Part shown: positions 1 through 9,131 of the stretch, piece after piece | How positions within the stretch are numbered: position 1 is the first letter of the stretch | How the letters are laid out: each line of letters begins with the position of its first letter | Source of the DNA: Candidatus Multivoradales bacterium | Lineage (GTDB): Bacteria > Acidobacteriota > Thermoanaerobaculia > Multivoradales > JAHEKO01 | Direction: 5' to 3' | Assembly: GCA_965223855.1 (NCBI GenBank) | Contig: CBDCXM010000009.1 | Location: 1,312,001 to 1,376,000, forward strand | DNA length: 64,000 nucleotides | The notes under the pieces: generated by a model | What the model was told of the DNA's origin: nothing | What the model saw: only the letters and a program-made list of their open reading frames with translations | The model's database searches: none | Program-made: the position numbers and the translations under genes

Positions 1-606
1 GCCGAGCCGGCGAGCGGTCCCCGCGAAACCGGGCCGTTGCGGGTCGTGTGGGCGGCCCGCTGGGAGTTCGACAAGGCGCCGGAGGTGCTCTTCGCCGCGG
101 TCCGGCGGCTCGTCGAACGCGGGGTCGATCTGCGCTTGAGCGTGCTGGGCGAGAGCTTCGAGGAGGTGCCGCCGGAGTTCGAGGAGGCGCGACGCGATCT
201 CGAGCCGGTTCTCGAACATTGGGGCTACCTCGAGGACCGGGCCGCCTACCGGCGCTGCCTCGCCGCGGCCGACGTCTTCGTCTCGACGGCGATCCACGAG
301 TTCTTCGGCCTCGCGGCGGTGGAGGCGATCCTCCACGGCGCCCGGCCGCTGCTGCCGCGGCGGCTCGCCTACCCGGAGCTGCTCGACCTCGAGAGGCACC
401 CTGAGCGCGACCGCTACTGCTACGACGGTTCCGAGTCGCAACTGGCGGCTCGCCTCGAGGAGCTGGCGCAGGCGGTGGCGGCCGGCATCGACGTCCGGGA
501 CGCCGAGCTCGACGGTGTGCGTCGCCGTCTCGAGGAAGCCACCTGGCCGGTGGCGGCGGCTCGCCTCGACGACGCCCTCGAGAGGGTCGCCGCTCGAGAG
601 CTGTGA
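1..606 (+). CDS. GT-B glycosyltransferase, GTDC1/DUF3524-like (tRNA-queuosine alpha-mannosyltransferase family), 5'-truncated by the window edge
   Basis: Frame is open from base 1. Motifs WAARWEFDKAPE, LSVLGESF, HWGYL, ADVFVSTAIHEFFGLAAVEA and PLLPRRLAYPE match my recollection of the GTDC1 family C-terminal domain. Confidence 0.8.
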   Translation, partial: AEPASGPRETGPLRVVWAARWEFDKAPEVLFAAVRRLVERGVDLRLSVLGESFEEVPPEFEEARRDLEPVLEHWGYLEDRAAYRRCLAAADVFVSTAIHEFFGLAAVEAILHGARPLLPRRLAYPELLDLERHPERDRYCYDGSESQLAARLEELAQAVAAGIDVRDAELDGVRRRLEEATWPVAAARLDDALERVAAREL

Positions 607-687
607 CTTCGGGGACTGTGACTTCGGCGACTTTGACGGCAAGAATCCGGAGGACGGCGCTGTCGAGCTTGCCGTAGTCTCTCCTCG

Positions 688-2169
688 ATGGCCCTGACAC
701 GGCAGCGGATGTTCGAGCTCTCGGCGGCGCGCGATCGTCACTACGACGGGCGCTTCCTCATCGGCGTGCTCTCGACCGGCATCTACTGCCTGCCGTCGTG
801 CCCGGCGCGGCGGCCGAAGCCGGAGAACGTGCGCTTCTTCCACTCTCCGGAGGCGGCGGTCGACGCAGGCCTGAGGGCGTGCAAGCGCTGCAGGCCGGAG
901 CTCTTCTACCAGCAGCGCGACCCGGACCGAGAGGTGCTCGAGGAGACCGTGCGTCGGGTGCGCCGCGAACCGGAGTCGTTCGCCGACGTCGAGGCGCTGG
1001 CGGCGGCGACCGGCTTCGGGCGCTCGAAGCTCCACCGGCTGTTGCGGCGCCACTATCACCAGCGCCCCGCGGCGCTGTTGCTTCGGGCACGCCTCGAGCA
1101 GACGAAGCGGCAGCTGGTCGCGTCGAAGTGGAGTGTCCTCGACGTCGGCCTGGCGGCCGGCTTCGACAGCGCCTCGGCGTTTCACGACAATTTCGTCCGC
1201 GCGACCGGGCTCTCGCCGGGCGCCTACCGGCGGATGACCCGCGGGCACGAGTTCGTGCTCCAGCTGCCGCGCGACTTTCACGACGTCGGCACCTGGCGCT
1301 ATCTCGGTCGCGACGACCAGCAGGCGACCGAGCGGGTCGAGGCGGGGCGTGCCTGGCGCGCGCTGCGGATCGGCCGGCGCGATGTTCTGGTCGAGATCGA
1401 GCAGCGTGGCCTGAGGCTGCGCGCGGCGGTGACGGATGGGAAAGAGTCCCCGGCCATTCTGCCGCCCGAAGGGATGGCCGAGGTGCACGCCCGCCTGTGG
1501 CGCTGGCTGGGGCTCGAGAGCGACGTCGCCGGCTTCGAGCGCAAGGCGCTGCGGCATCCACGCTGGCGCGAGCTGGTGCACGGGCAGCGCGGCCTGCGGC
1601 TGGCGCAGACGCCGTCGGTCTTCGAGTCGCTGGTGTGGGCGATCGTCGGCCAGCAGGTGAACCTCGCGTTCGCCTACCGGCTGCGCGCGGTGCTGGTCGA
1701 TCTGTGCTCCCCGCGCGGTGGTGGCGGTCCGCGGCGCCATCCGACGCCGGGCGAAGTGGCGCGCCTCGACGCGGGAGACCTCACGGCGAGGCAGTTCTCG
1801 CGCAGCAAGGCCGAGTACGTGCTCGGCGCAGCGCGCTGGGCGATCGAGAAGCCGGGGCGAGTCGAGGGTCTGAGAGATCTGCCCGCCACCACTGCCGCGA
1901 GCCGTCTCGAGACGCTGCGCGGTGTCGGCCCGTGGACCGAGCAGTACGTGCTGATGCGCGGCTGCGGCTTCGCCGACTGCGTGCCGGTCGGCGATGCCGG
2001 CCTCGTCAAGGCGCTGCGGCGCTTCGAGTCGCTCGCCGAGCGCCCGGACGCCGACGAGACCCGCCACCGGATGCGGGTGATGGCGCCTCATCGCAGCCTG
2101 GCGACCGCCCACCTGTGGGCGTCGCTCGCCGGCGACGATACTCAGGAAGAGAAAGGAAACGAAGGATGA
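688..2169 (+). CDS. alkA: Ada-AlkA fusion: Ada Zn-binding domain + AraC HTH + DNA-3-methyladenine glycosylase II
   Basis: IYCLPSCPAR...RACKRCRP four-Cys Ada motif; AraC HTH; AIVGQQVN and LRGVGPWT HhH-GPD motifs. Confidence 0.93.
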   Translation: MALTRQRMFELSAARDRHYDGRFLIGVLSTGIYCLPSCPARRPKPENVRFFHSPEAAVDAGLRACKRCRPELFYQQRDPDREVLEETVRRVRREPESFADVEALAAATGFGRSKLHRLLRRHYHQRPAALLLRARLEQTKRQLVASKWSVLDVGLAAGFDSASAFHDNFVRATGLSPGAYRRMTRGHEFVLQLPRDFHDVGTWRYLGRDDQQATERVEAGRAWRALRIGRRDVLVEIEQRGLRLRAAVTDGKESPAILPPEGMAEVHARLWRWLGLESDVAGFERKALRHPRWRELVHGQRGLRLAQTPSVFESLVWAIVGQQVNLAFAYRLRAVLVDLCSPRGGGGPRRHPTPGEVARLDAGDLTARQFSRSKAEYVLGAARWAIEKPGRVEGLRDLPATTAASRLETLRGVGPWTEQYVLMRGCGFADCVPVGDAGLVKALRRFESLAERPDADETRHRMRVMAPHRSLATAHLWASLAGDDTQEEKGNEG

Positions 2170-2669
2170 CCGTCTACGCCTCCAGAATCCCCACCCCGGT
2201 CGGCGAGATGTACGGCGCCGTCGACGAGAACGGCGCCGTCGTGCTGCTCGAGTTCTCGACCTACAAGTCCGCCGAAGAGGCGGTGTCGGGGCTCGATGAC
2301 GTCGTCTGGGACGACAAGCCGGTGCGGGAGCTGACGCGCCAGGTGAAGGAGTACTTCGCCGGCCGGCGCCGTGAGTTCGACCTCGATCTCAGCCCGCGCG
2401 GGAGCGACTTTCAGCACCGGGTGTGGAAGCACGTCCGCGGCATCGGCTACGGCTCGACGGCGAGCTACGGCGACGTCGCCCGGCGGATGCGCAAGCGTGG
2501 CGCATCGCGCGCCGTCGGTCGCGCCAACGCCACCAACCCGGTCTGCCTGATCACGCCGTGCCATCGGGTCATCGGCGCCGACGGCTCCCTGACCGGCTTC
2601 GGCGGCGGAGTGGAGATCAAGCGCTGGCTGCTCGAGCACGAGACGGGCCAGCTCGCACTCGCGGATTGA
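2166..2669 (+). CDS. ogt: Methylated-DNA--protein-cysteine methyltransferase
   Basis: C-terminal part of ORF 798..2669. ATG at 2166 overlaps the alkA stop (ATGA). Motifs RAVGRANATNP and PCHRV. Confidence 0.95.
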   Translation: MTVYASRIPTPVGEMYGAVDENGAVVLLEFSTYKSAEEAVSGLDDVVWDDKPVRELTRQVKEYFAGRRREFDLDLSPRGSDFQHRVWKHVRGIGYGSTASYGDVARRMRKRGASRAVGRANATNPVCLITPCHRVIGADGSLTGFGGGVEIKRWLLEHETGQLALAD

Positions 2670-2689
2670 CCGGAGGTAGAGTGCCGGGC

Positions 2690-4693
2690 ATGGAGATCGG
2701 GCGCACGACCTGTGTTCTCGACTGCCCCGACGGCTGTGCTCTGGAGGTCGGGATCGAGGACGGCCGGGTGGTCTCGGTCGGTCCCGATCGCGCCGCCGGC
2801 ACCGACTTCATCTGCGGCAAGGTCAGCCGCCTCGACCGGCGGGTGTACCACGAGGATCGGCTCCGTCGGCCTCTGCGGCGAGTGGGTGCGAAGGGGAGCG
2901 GCCGGTTCGAGGAGATCTCCTGGGAGGCGGCGCTCGACCAGCTGGTGGAGCGCTTCTCGCGGGCACGGGAGCGCTCCGGCGGCGAGTCGATCCTCGGCTA
3001 TCACTACGGGGGGTCGAACGGCCTCCTGACCGACGGGCTACTCGACGATCTGCTCTTCTGCCGTCTCGGTGCCTCGCGTCTGGCGAAGACGATCTGCGCG
3101 GTGCCGGCGACCGAAGTCGCCGTCGGCATGTACGGAAAGATGCCCGGCGTCGCCTTCGACGACTACCCGCGCGCCGAGTGCATCGTCGTCTGGGGGGCCA
3201 ACCCGAAGGGGTCGAACATTCACCTGGTACCGAAGCTGCGCGAGGCGCGGGCCAACGGCGCCTGGGTGGCGGCGGTCGATCCGCGCAACAACTTCGGCAA
3301 GGGGGAGATCGACCTCCACCTGCCGGTGCTGCCGGGGCAGGACCTGCCGCTGGCGCTGGCGCTCGTCCGCGGTTGGGCGGAGAACGGCGATCTCGACGAG
3401 GCGTTCCTCGCCGCCTCGACCGAGGGTGCCGGTGCGCTGCTCGAAGCGGCCGAGGAGTGGACCTGCGAGCGCGCTGCCGCCGTGACGGGGGTTCCGCAGG
3501 AGTCGATCGAGGAGCTTGGGCGTCGGCTGGCGGCGAGCTCGCCGGCGTTGGTGCGCTGCGGCTGGGGGCTCGAGCGCAACAGGAACGGCGGCCAGGCGAT
3601 CGCCGCGGTGCTGGCGATCCCGGCGCTCCTGGGCAAGTTCGGCGTGCGCGGCGGCGGCTACACGCTGTCGAACAACGGCGGCAGCCGCTTCGACGGCGCG
3701 GCGCTCATCGGGCCGCTCGACTGGACGACCCGGCGGCTCAACATGACCCAGCTCGCCCGGCAGATCGATCCCGAGTCGGCACACAAGCTCGATCCACCGC
3801 TCGAGGTGCTCTTCGTCTACAACGCCAATCCGATGGCGACCGTCCCCGATCAGGTGGCGCTCGAGCGCGGCTTCCGGCGCGACGGCCTGTTCACGGTCGT
3901 CCACGACCAGGTGATGACCGACACCGCGCGCCTCGCGGACCTGGTGCTGCCGGCGACCACCTTCCTCGAAGGGACCGACCTTCAGGTGAGCTACGGCGAG
4001 TACGTGGCCGGCGGCATCCGGCCTCTGATCGAGCCGGAGGGAGAGGCGTGGAGCAACCTGCGGCTCTTCGGTGAGCTCGGCCGGCACCTCGGCTTCGACG
4101 ACCCGGCGTTCGGCTGGTCGGAGCAGGAGCTTCTCGAGCGCGCTGTCGCGGCGCTCGAGCTCGACGGGCGTGCGGCGGGCGGCACCCTCGCGGCTGGCGA
4201 GCGGGAGAGCTACGACTTTTCGGGCGCGACGCCTCGGCAGTTCGACACCGTCCGCCCGCGGACTCCGAGCGGCCGCGCGAACCTCGCGCCGGCGACCCTC
4301 GGGCCGCAGCCCTACCGCTGGCAGGAGCCCGACAGGGAAGGATCGCTGGCGTTGATCACGCCGGCCAGCTCACGGCTGGTGACGAGCATGTTCGGCGAGT
4401 CGAGTGTCAGCCGCCTCGAGGTGGCGCTCCACCCGGAGGACGCCGCCGGGCGCGGTATCGCGAACGGCGACGAGGTGAGGGTGTGGAACGCCCTCGGCGA
4501 GGTGCACTGCCACGCCCGGATCGACGACGCGGTGCGCCCCGGCGTCGCCTCGATGCCCAAGGGTGCGTGGCGCCGCTCGTCGCTCAACGGCGCGACCTCG
4601 ACGGCGCTGTGCCCCGACGATGCCCAGGTGGTGGGCGACGCCGCCTGCTTCAACGACGCCCGCGTCGACGTCGCGCCGCTGCCAAGCGGGTAG
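2690..4693 (+). CDS. Molybdopterin-dependent oxidoreductase (DMSO reductase superfamily, uncharacterised subfamily)
   Basis: N-terminal CVLDCPDGC...ICGK Fe-S motif; WGANP; DTARLADLVLPATTFLE; C-terminal molybdopterin dinucleotide-binding domain. Start at 2690 is supported by TAGAGT 7 nt upstream. Confidence 0.88.
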   Translation: MEIGRTTCVLDCPDGCALEVGIEDGRVVSVGPDRAAGTDFICGKVSRLDRRVYHEDRLRRPLRRVGAKGSGRFEEISWEAALDQLVERFSRARERSGGESILGYHYGGSNGLLTDGLLDDLLFCRLGASRLAKTICAVPATEVAVGMYGKMPGVAFDDYPRAECIVVWGANPKGSNIHLVPKLREARANGAWVAAVDPRNNFGKGEIDLHLPVLPGQDLPLALALVRGWAENGDLDEAFLAASTEGAGALLEAAEEWTCERAAAVTGVPQESIEELGRRLAASSPALVRCGWGLERNRNGGQAIAAVLAIPALLGKFGVRGGGYTLSNNGGSRFDGAALIGPLDWTTRRLNMTQLARQIDPESAHKLDPPLEVLFVYNANPMATVPDQVALERGFRRDGLFTVVHDQVMTDTARLADLVLPATTFLEGTDLQVSYGEYVAGGIRPLIEPEGEAWSNLRLFGELGRHLGFDDPAFGWSEQELLERAVAALELDGRAAGGTLAAGERESYDFSGATPRQFDTVRPRTPSGRANLAPATLGPQPYRWQEPDREGSLALITPASSRLVTSMFGESSVSRLEVALHPEDAAGRGIANGDEVRVWNALGEVHCHARIDDAVRPGVASMPKGAWRRSSLNGATSTALCPDDAQVVGDAACFNDARVDVAPLPSG

Positions 4694-4701
4694 GGAGCGC
4701 C

Positions 4702-4884
4702 TAGCCTGAATCTCTCACGCCACTGCAGTCTGGTAGGTCGTAGGTTGCTGGAGATACAAGGCTTCCGGTCGCGAGCACCGGAGGCATAGCCGTAGCTACG
4801 GCGAGGAGCGCAGCGATCGGATAACGCAGTAGATTCAGTGACATACGGCCTACCAGACTGCAGTGGCGTGAGAGATTCAGGCTA
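4702..4884. mobile_element. MITE-like 183-bp element with perfect 36-bp terminal inverted repeats
   Basis: TAGCCTGAATCTCTCACGCCACTGCAGTCTGGTAGG (4702-4737) is the exact reverse complement of 4849-4884. Pairing extends about 20 nt further inward with mismatches and G-U pairs. No ORF; lies between convergent genes. Confidence 0.7.
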
Positions 4885-5478
4885 ACTCCAGCGCAGCTCG
4901 CCGTCCTCCGGCGGCAGTCCGAGCTGGTCGAGCACCCGCAGAGCGTAGTGGTCGAGGAAGCGGTCGAGATCCTCTCCGCCGACGTAGAACGCCGGGATCG
5001 GCGGCAGCACGACGGCGCCGGCGTAGGTGAGGTGTCGCAGGTTCTCCAGATGGAGCGCCGTGAAGGGGGTCTCGCGGAAGCCGATCACCAGCGGCCAGCG
5101 CTCCTTGAGTGCGACCGCGCCGGCGCGGTGGATGAGGGTCCGGCCGCTGCCGGTGGCCAGTGTGCCGAGGGTCGCGGCGCTGCACGGCAGGACGACGCTG
5201 CCATCGAGCGGGTACGAGCCGGAAGCGATCGGCGCGTCGAACTCGTTGTCGCGGTGGACGACGATGCGCTCGCGCTCCGCGTCGTCGAGCCCGGCGGCGT
5301 CGAGCAGGTCGTCGGCGCCGGTGCGCTCACGCCCCAGCTCGTGCGCCAACACCTGACTGGCGCCGGCGGAGACGACGAGGTGGATGCGCTCCACCTCGCT
5401 GCGCCCGCCGAGTGCGCGCAGCAGGCGCACCGGCAGGCGCATGCCGGAGGCGCCCGAGACGAGAACCGCGACCTTCAC
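4882..5478 (-). CDS. ubiX: Flavin prenyltransferase UbiX
   Basis: VSGASG, APIASGS, PCSAATL, LIHRAGAVALKER, RETP and PPIPAFY motifs. Confidence 0.92.
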   Translation of the reverse strand: MKVAVLVSGASGMRLPVRLLRALGGRSEVERIHLVVSAGASQVLAHELGRERTGADDLLDAAGLDDAERERIVVHRDNEFDAPIASGSYPLDGSVVLPCSAATLGTLATGSGRTLIHRAGAVALKERWPLVIGFRETPFTALHLENLRHLTYAGAVVLPPIPAFYVGGEDLDRFLDHYALRVLDQLGLPPEDGELRWS

Positions 5479-5504
5479 CGGCGCTCAGCCGAGTTCGCCC
5501 GCCC

Positions 5505-7556
5505 TCAGGCGGCCGACATCGTTCGGCGGTACTGGTAGACGAGCACGAAGACGAGCCCTGCGACGCCGAGATACGGCGCCAGCGCGATCGGCGACGGCAG
5601 GCCGGAGCCGTTGTTCGCCAGCACGACGGCGGCGATCGACACCAGCACGCCCATCAGCGCCTCTCCGGTGATCAGACCGGAAGCGACCAGCAGCCCGGCG
5701 TTCTCGCGCTTCTGCTTGACCTCACCCGAGGCCGCCGCCGAGCGCTTGCCGACGTAGTGGGCGAGCAGGCCGCCGAAGAAGATCGGCACCGACAGCCCGA
5801 GCGGCAGGTAGACCCCGACCGCCACGGCCAGCACCGGGAACCGGAAGCTCGATCCACGGCCCTCCTGAATCTTGTCGAGGACGATCAGGATCACCGCCAG
5901 GGCGAAGCCCATGAAGATGAAGCGCCAGTTGATGCCGGCACCGAAGATGCCGCCGGCGAGGCTGCCCATCAGCGCCGCCTGCGGCGCCGCCAGCGGAGTG
6001 ACGTCCGGATCGACGACCCGGCCGATGCCGTACCCCTTGTCGAGGATGTTGAGCACCAGCGGGATGGCGACCGCCGCCGAGACGACGCCGACCACCTGGT
6101 AGATCTGCTGCTTCCACGGCGTCGCGCCGACGATGTGGCCGCACTTGAGGTCCTGCATGTTGTCGCCCGAGATCGCAGCCGCCGAACAGATGAGGCCGGC
6201 GAGATAGATGACGGCGATCGGCCCGAGCGTGGCGGCGATCCCCTCGTTGCCCATCAGCTGCAGCAGGATGAGCGCCGAGATGATCACCGTGGCGATGGTG
6301 ACGCCCGAGATCGGGTTGTTGGAGCTGCCGACGAGGCCGGCCATGTAGCCGGCGACCGAGCTGAAGATGAAGCCGAAGACCAGCATCAGCACCGTCATCA
6401 CCAGCGAGATCATCGTCTTGTTCGGATAGTCGCCGAGCGCGCTCTGGAAAACCAGGAAGACCGGGATGAGTCCCAGCAGGGCGACCCAGGCGACGTAGTT
6501 GATCGGCGTGTCGAACTCGGTGCGAACGACCGCCGAGGCGTTGCCCGAGCGCGACGCCTTGTAGGCGGCGAGGCTCGCCTTGACGCCGGAGGCGAGCGGC
6601 TTGAGCAGCGAGATCAGCGACCAGACGCCGCCGACGATCATGGCGCCGACGCCGATCCGGCGGCAGTCCTGCCACGCCTGGCCGGCGAGCGAGCCCCACT
6701 GCGACGAGGTGAGATCGCCCCACGGGGTGGACGGATCGATGCCTGCCGCCGTCATGACGTTGGTCGAGTTGAACATCCAGTTGAGCGGCACGCCGAGCAC
6801 GGTGCCGATGACGCCGCCGAGGAAGACCAGCACGGCGATGTTGAGGCCGACGATGTAGCCGACCCCGACGAGCGCCGGCGACAGCGAGACGTTGCCGGTC
6901 AGGAGCAGCTTGCCCTTCGAGAGCGCCGTCGTGCCGGCGACCGAGCTCGAGAGCCAGCCGAAGCCCGACTCGACGAGCTTGAAAAACGCTCCGACACCGG
7001 CCGCCTGCAGCAGACGCCGGAAGCCCTGCGCCGCCTCGCCGTCGTCGGCGCGTTCCGCTCCATCACCGGTTTCGATGCCGCCGGTCTTGAGCACCTCCGC
7101 CGTCGCCACGCCTTCGGGGAACTTGAGCCGGCTCTCGACGATCAGGGCGCGCCGCAGCGGAATCGTGAACGCGACCCCGAGCACGCCGCCGATGATCGCG
7201 ATCGCAACCAGCGGGCCGTACGGGTAGCCGTCCCAGGCGCCGAGGATGACGAGCGCCGGGATGGTGAAGATGATGCCCGCCACCAGCGACTCACCCGCCG
7301 AGGCGGAAGTCTGGACGAGGTTGTTCTCGAGGATGTTCGAGCGCCGGAAGAGGCGAAGCACCCCCATCGACACCGCCGCCGCGGGGATCGACGCGGAGAC
7401 CGTCAGGCCGACCAGCAGGCCGATGTACGCGTTGGCGGCCGCCAGGATCATCGACAGCAGGGCGCCGAGGATCAGGCCCTTGACGGTGATCTCCGCCAGG
7501 TTGACTTCGGGGGCGACCAGCGGCGGCGGCAGGGGGGCTTTGTTGGCATCCGACAT
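5505..7556 (-). CDS. Oligopeptide transporter, OPT family
   Basis: AANAYIGLLVGLTVSASIPAA, ENNLVQTSASAGES, FPEGVATAEVL, GSSNNPISG and DNMQDLKCGHIVGATPWKQQ motifs. Start at 7556 (MSDANK) follows an AAAGGAG SD. Confidence 0.93.
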   Translation of the reverse strand: MSDANKAPLPPPLVAPEVNLAEITVKGLILGALLSMILAAANAYIGLLVGLTVSASIPAAAVSMGVLRLFRRSNILENNLVQTSASAGESLVAGIIFTIPALVILGAWDGYPYGPLVAIAIIGGVLGVAFTIPLRRALIVESRLKFPEGVATAEVLKTGGIETGDGAERADDGEAAQGFRRLLQAAGVGAFFKLVESGFGWLSSSVAGTTALSKGKLLLTGNVSLSPALVGVGYIVGLNIAVLVFLGGVIGTVLGVPLNWMFNSTNVMTAAGIDPSTPWGDLTSSQWGSLAGQAWQDCRRIGVGAMIVGGVWSLISLLKPLASGVKASLAAYKASRSGNASAVVRTEFDTPINYVAWVALLGLIPVFLVFQSALGDYPNKTMISLVMTVLMLVFGFIFSSVAGYMAGLVGSSNNPISGVTIATVIISALILLQLMGNEGIAATLGPIAVIYLAGLICSAAAISGDNMQDLKCGHIVGATPWKQQIYQVVGVVSAAVAIPLVLNILDKGYGIGRVVDPDVTPLAAPQAALMGSLAGGIFGAGINWRFIFMGFALAVILIVLDKIQEGRGSSFRFPVLAVAVGVYLPLGLSVPIFFGGLLAHYVGKRSAAASGEVKQKRENAGLLVASGLITGEALMGVLVSIAAVVLANNGSGLPSPIALAPYLGVAGLVFVLVYQYRRTMSAA

Positions 7557-7781
7557 CGAACGTCTCCTTTGGGTGACGAAAGACTCGAGAGTGTCGAGCC
7601 GGGCGCGGCCACGATCGGAAAAAGCCCCGCAGCCGCCCGGCATCCGTAGAAAGAGTGAGCGGGATGTTACACTAGCGATTCGCAGAGGAACCCCGCCCGC
7701 TCTCCACACCCCGTGCGTCCCGGAGAACGCCCTGCCCGGGTTCCCGAATTCCCTTTCAGAACCGTTGGAACGAGCTAAACG

Positions 7782-8972
7782 ATGAGACCCTGGTGGTTAC
7801 GACCGCCTGCGGACGACGACGCCGAAAGCGACGCGCCGCAAGAAGACAGAGAAGAAGCCGACGCGGAAGCCGCGCCGGCCGAGGAAGCCGAAGAACCGAC
7901 ATCCGAACCGGCACCCGGGGACCGCAAGCGTTCCTCGCGTGGCCGCTCGGGCCGAACCAGAAAAACCGAATCGAGCGACGACGCTCCCGACGAGGCCGAG
8001 GCACAAGCCGGCAGCGACGGGGACGACGACGAGGCCGACCAGAACCAGGCTGCCGAGCAGGCGAGTTCCGGCAACGGCGGGGCGCGCAAGCGCCGTGAGA
8101 ACGGCAGGCGCTCCTCGAAGCGCCGCAACGACCCCCCCAAGGTGGAGATTCTCGAGCAGGAGATCCCGGCCTACGAGGAGATCGTCGTCGCCGATTCAGG
8201 GGGTAGTTCCGTGAACAGTCAGGAAGAAAGCAGGATCGCTCTGTTCTGCGATCTGGAGAACGTGGCGCTCGGCGTGCGCGACTCCGACATCAAGAAGTTC
8301 GAATTGAACCTCGTTCTCGAGCGTCTGCTCGAGAAGGGGAAGATCATCGTCAAGAAGGCCTACTGTGACTGGGAGCGCTACAGCGAGTTCAAGCGCCCGT
8401 TCCACGAGGCGGCCGTCGAGATGATCGACATCCCGCAGAAGTACTACTCCGGCAAGAACTCGGCCGACATCAAGATGGCGGTCGACGCCCTGGAGCTGTG
8501 CTATGCCAAGGACCACGTCGACACCTTCGCCATCCTCTCCGGCGACAGCGACTTCTCGCCGCTGGTGTCGAAGCTGCGCGAGGCCAACAAGCTGGTGATC
8601 GGTGTCGGCGTCAAGAACTCGTCGTCGGCCCTTCTCGTCGACAACTGCGACGACTTCATGTTCTACGAGGACCTGTGGCGCGAGAAGCGCAGTTCGCCGA
8701 AGGCCGTGGGTGGCAACAAGAAGCAGGGCGAAGCGTTCAACCTGATGATCGACTCGATCAAGGCGCTGATGCGCGAGAACAAGGACGTGCTGTGGGGCTC
8801 GATGGTCAAGCAGACCATGAAGCGCAAGCGCCCGTCGTTCAACGAGGGCTACCACGGCTACTCGACGTTCTCCGAGCTGCTCGAGGACGCCGAGAAGCAC
8901 AAGATCGTGCGTCTCAAACGCGATCAGCGGTCGGGCTCGTACATCATCACCGGCTTCGCCGGCGGCCGCTGA
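7782..8972 (+). CDS. NYN (LabA/DUF88, PIN-like) domain protein with C-terminal OST-HTH/LOTUS domain and a long charged N-terminal extension
   Basis: ALFCDLENV, GKNSADIKMAVDA and LSGDSDFSPLV acidic active-site motifs; C-terminal PSFNEGYHGYSTFSELL. Confidence 0.9.
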   Translation: MRPWWLRPPADDDAESDAPQEDREEADAEAAPAEEAEEPTSEPAPGDRKRSSRGRSGRTRKTESSDDAPDEAEAQAGSDGDDDEADQNQAAEQASSGNGGARKRRENGRRSSKRRNDPPKVEILEQEIPAYEEIVVADSGGSSVNSQEESRIALFCDLENVALGVRDSDIKKFELNLVLERLLEKGKIIVKKAYCDWERYSEFKRPFHEAAVEMIDIPQKYYSGKNSADIKMAVDALELCYAKDHVDTFAILSGDSDFSPLVSKLREANKLVIGVGVKNSSSALLVDNCDDFMFYEDLWREKRSSPKAVGGNKKQGEAFNLMIDSIKALMRENKDVLWGSMVKQTMKRKRPSFNEGYHGYSTFSELLEDAEKHKIVRLKRDQRSGSYIITGFAGGR

Positions 8973-9131
8973 CCCGGCGGGCTCGCCCGGCCGACGGGCG
9001 TGACCGGCTCCGACGGGAGAGCTCCGTCGTTGTGGTAACTTGTGCGGCTCAGCGCAGCCGCGCGCCGGTCCCGTTCCCGGGGCCGGCACAACGACCGGAA
9101 GCCGGTCGCAAGTCGTCTGGAGCCAGTTCGG

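Noticed and set aside
4882-5478. ubiX without an adjacent ubiD as a novel system
   Set aside because: ubiX is often unlinked from its decarboxylase partner; this cannot be judged from one window.
5160-7649. Long antisense or alternate-frame ORFs (e.g. 5160..7649, 11690..13918, 17479..19557, 19890..22004, 26186..28414, 46620..48059, 49209..50774, 62033..63883)
   Set aside because: They overlap well-supported genes, are Arg/Ala/Gly/Pro-rich or mirror codon bias, and lack motifs. Such shadow ORFs are expected in high-GC DNA.
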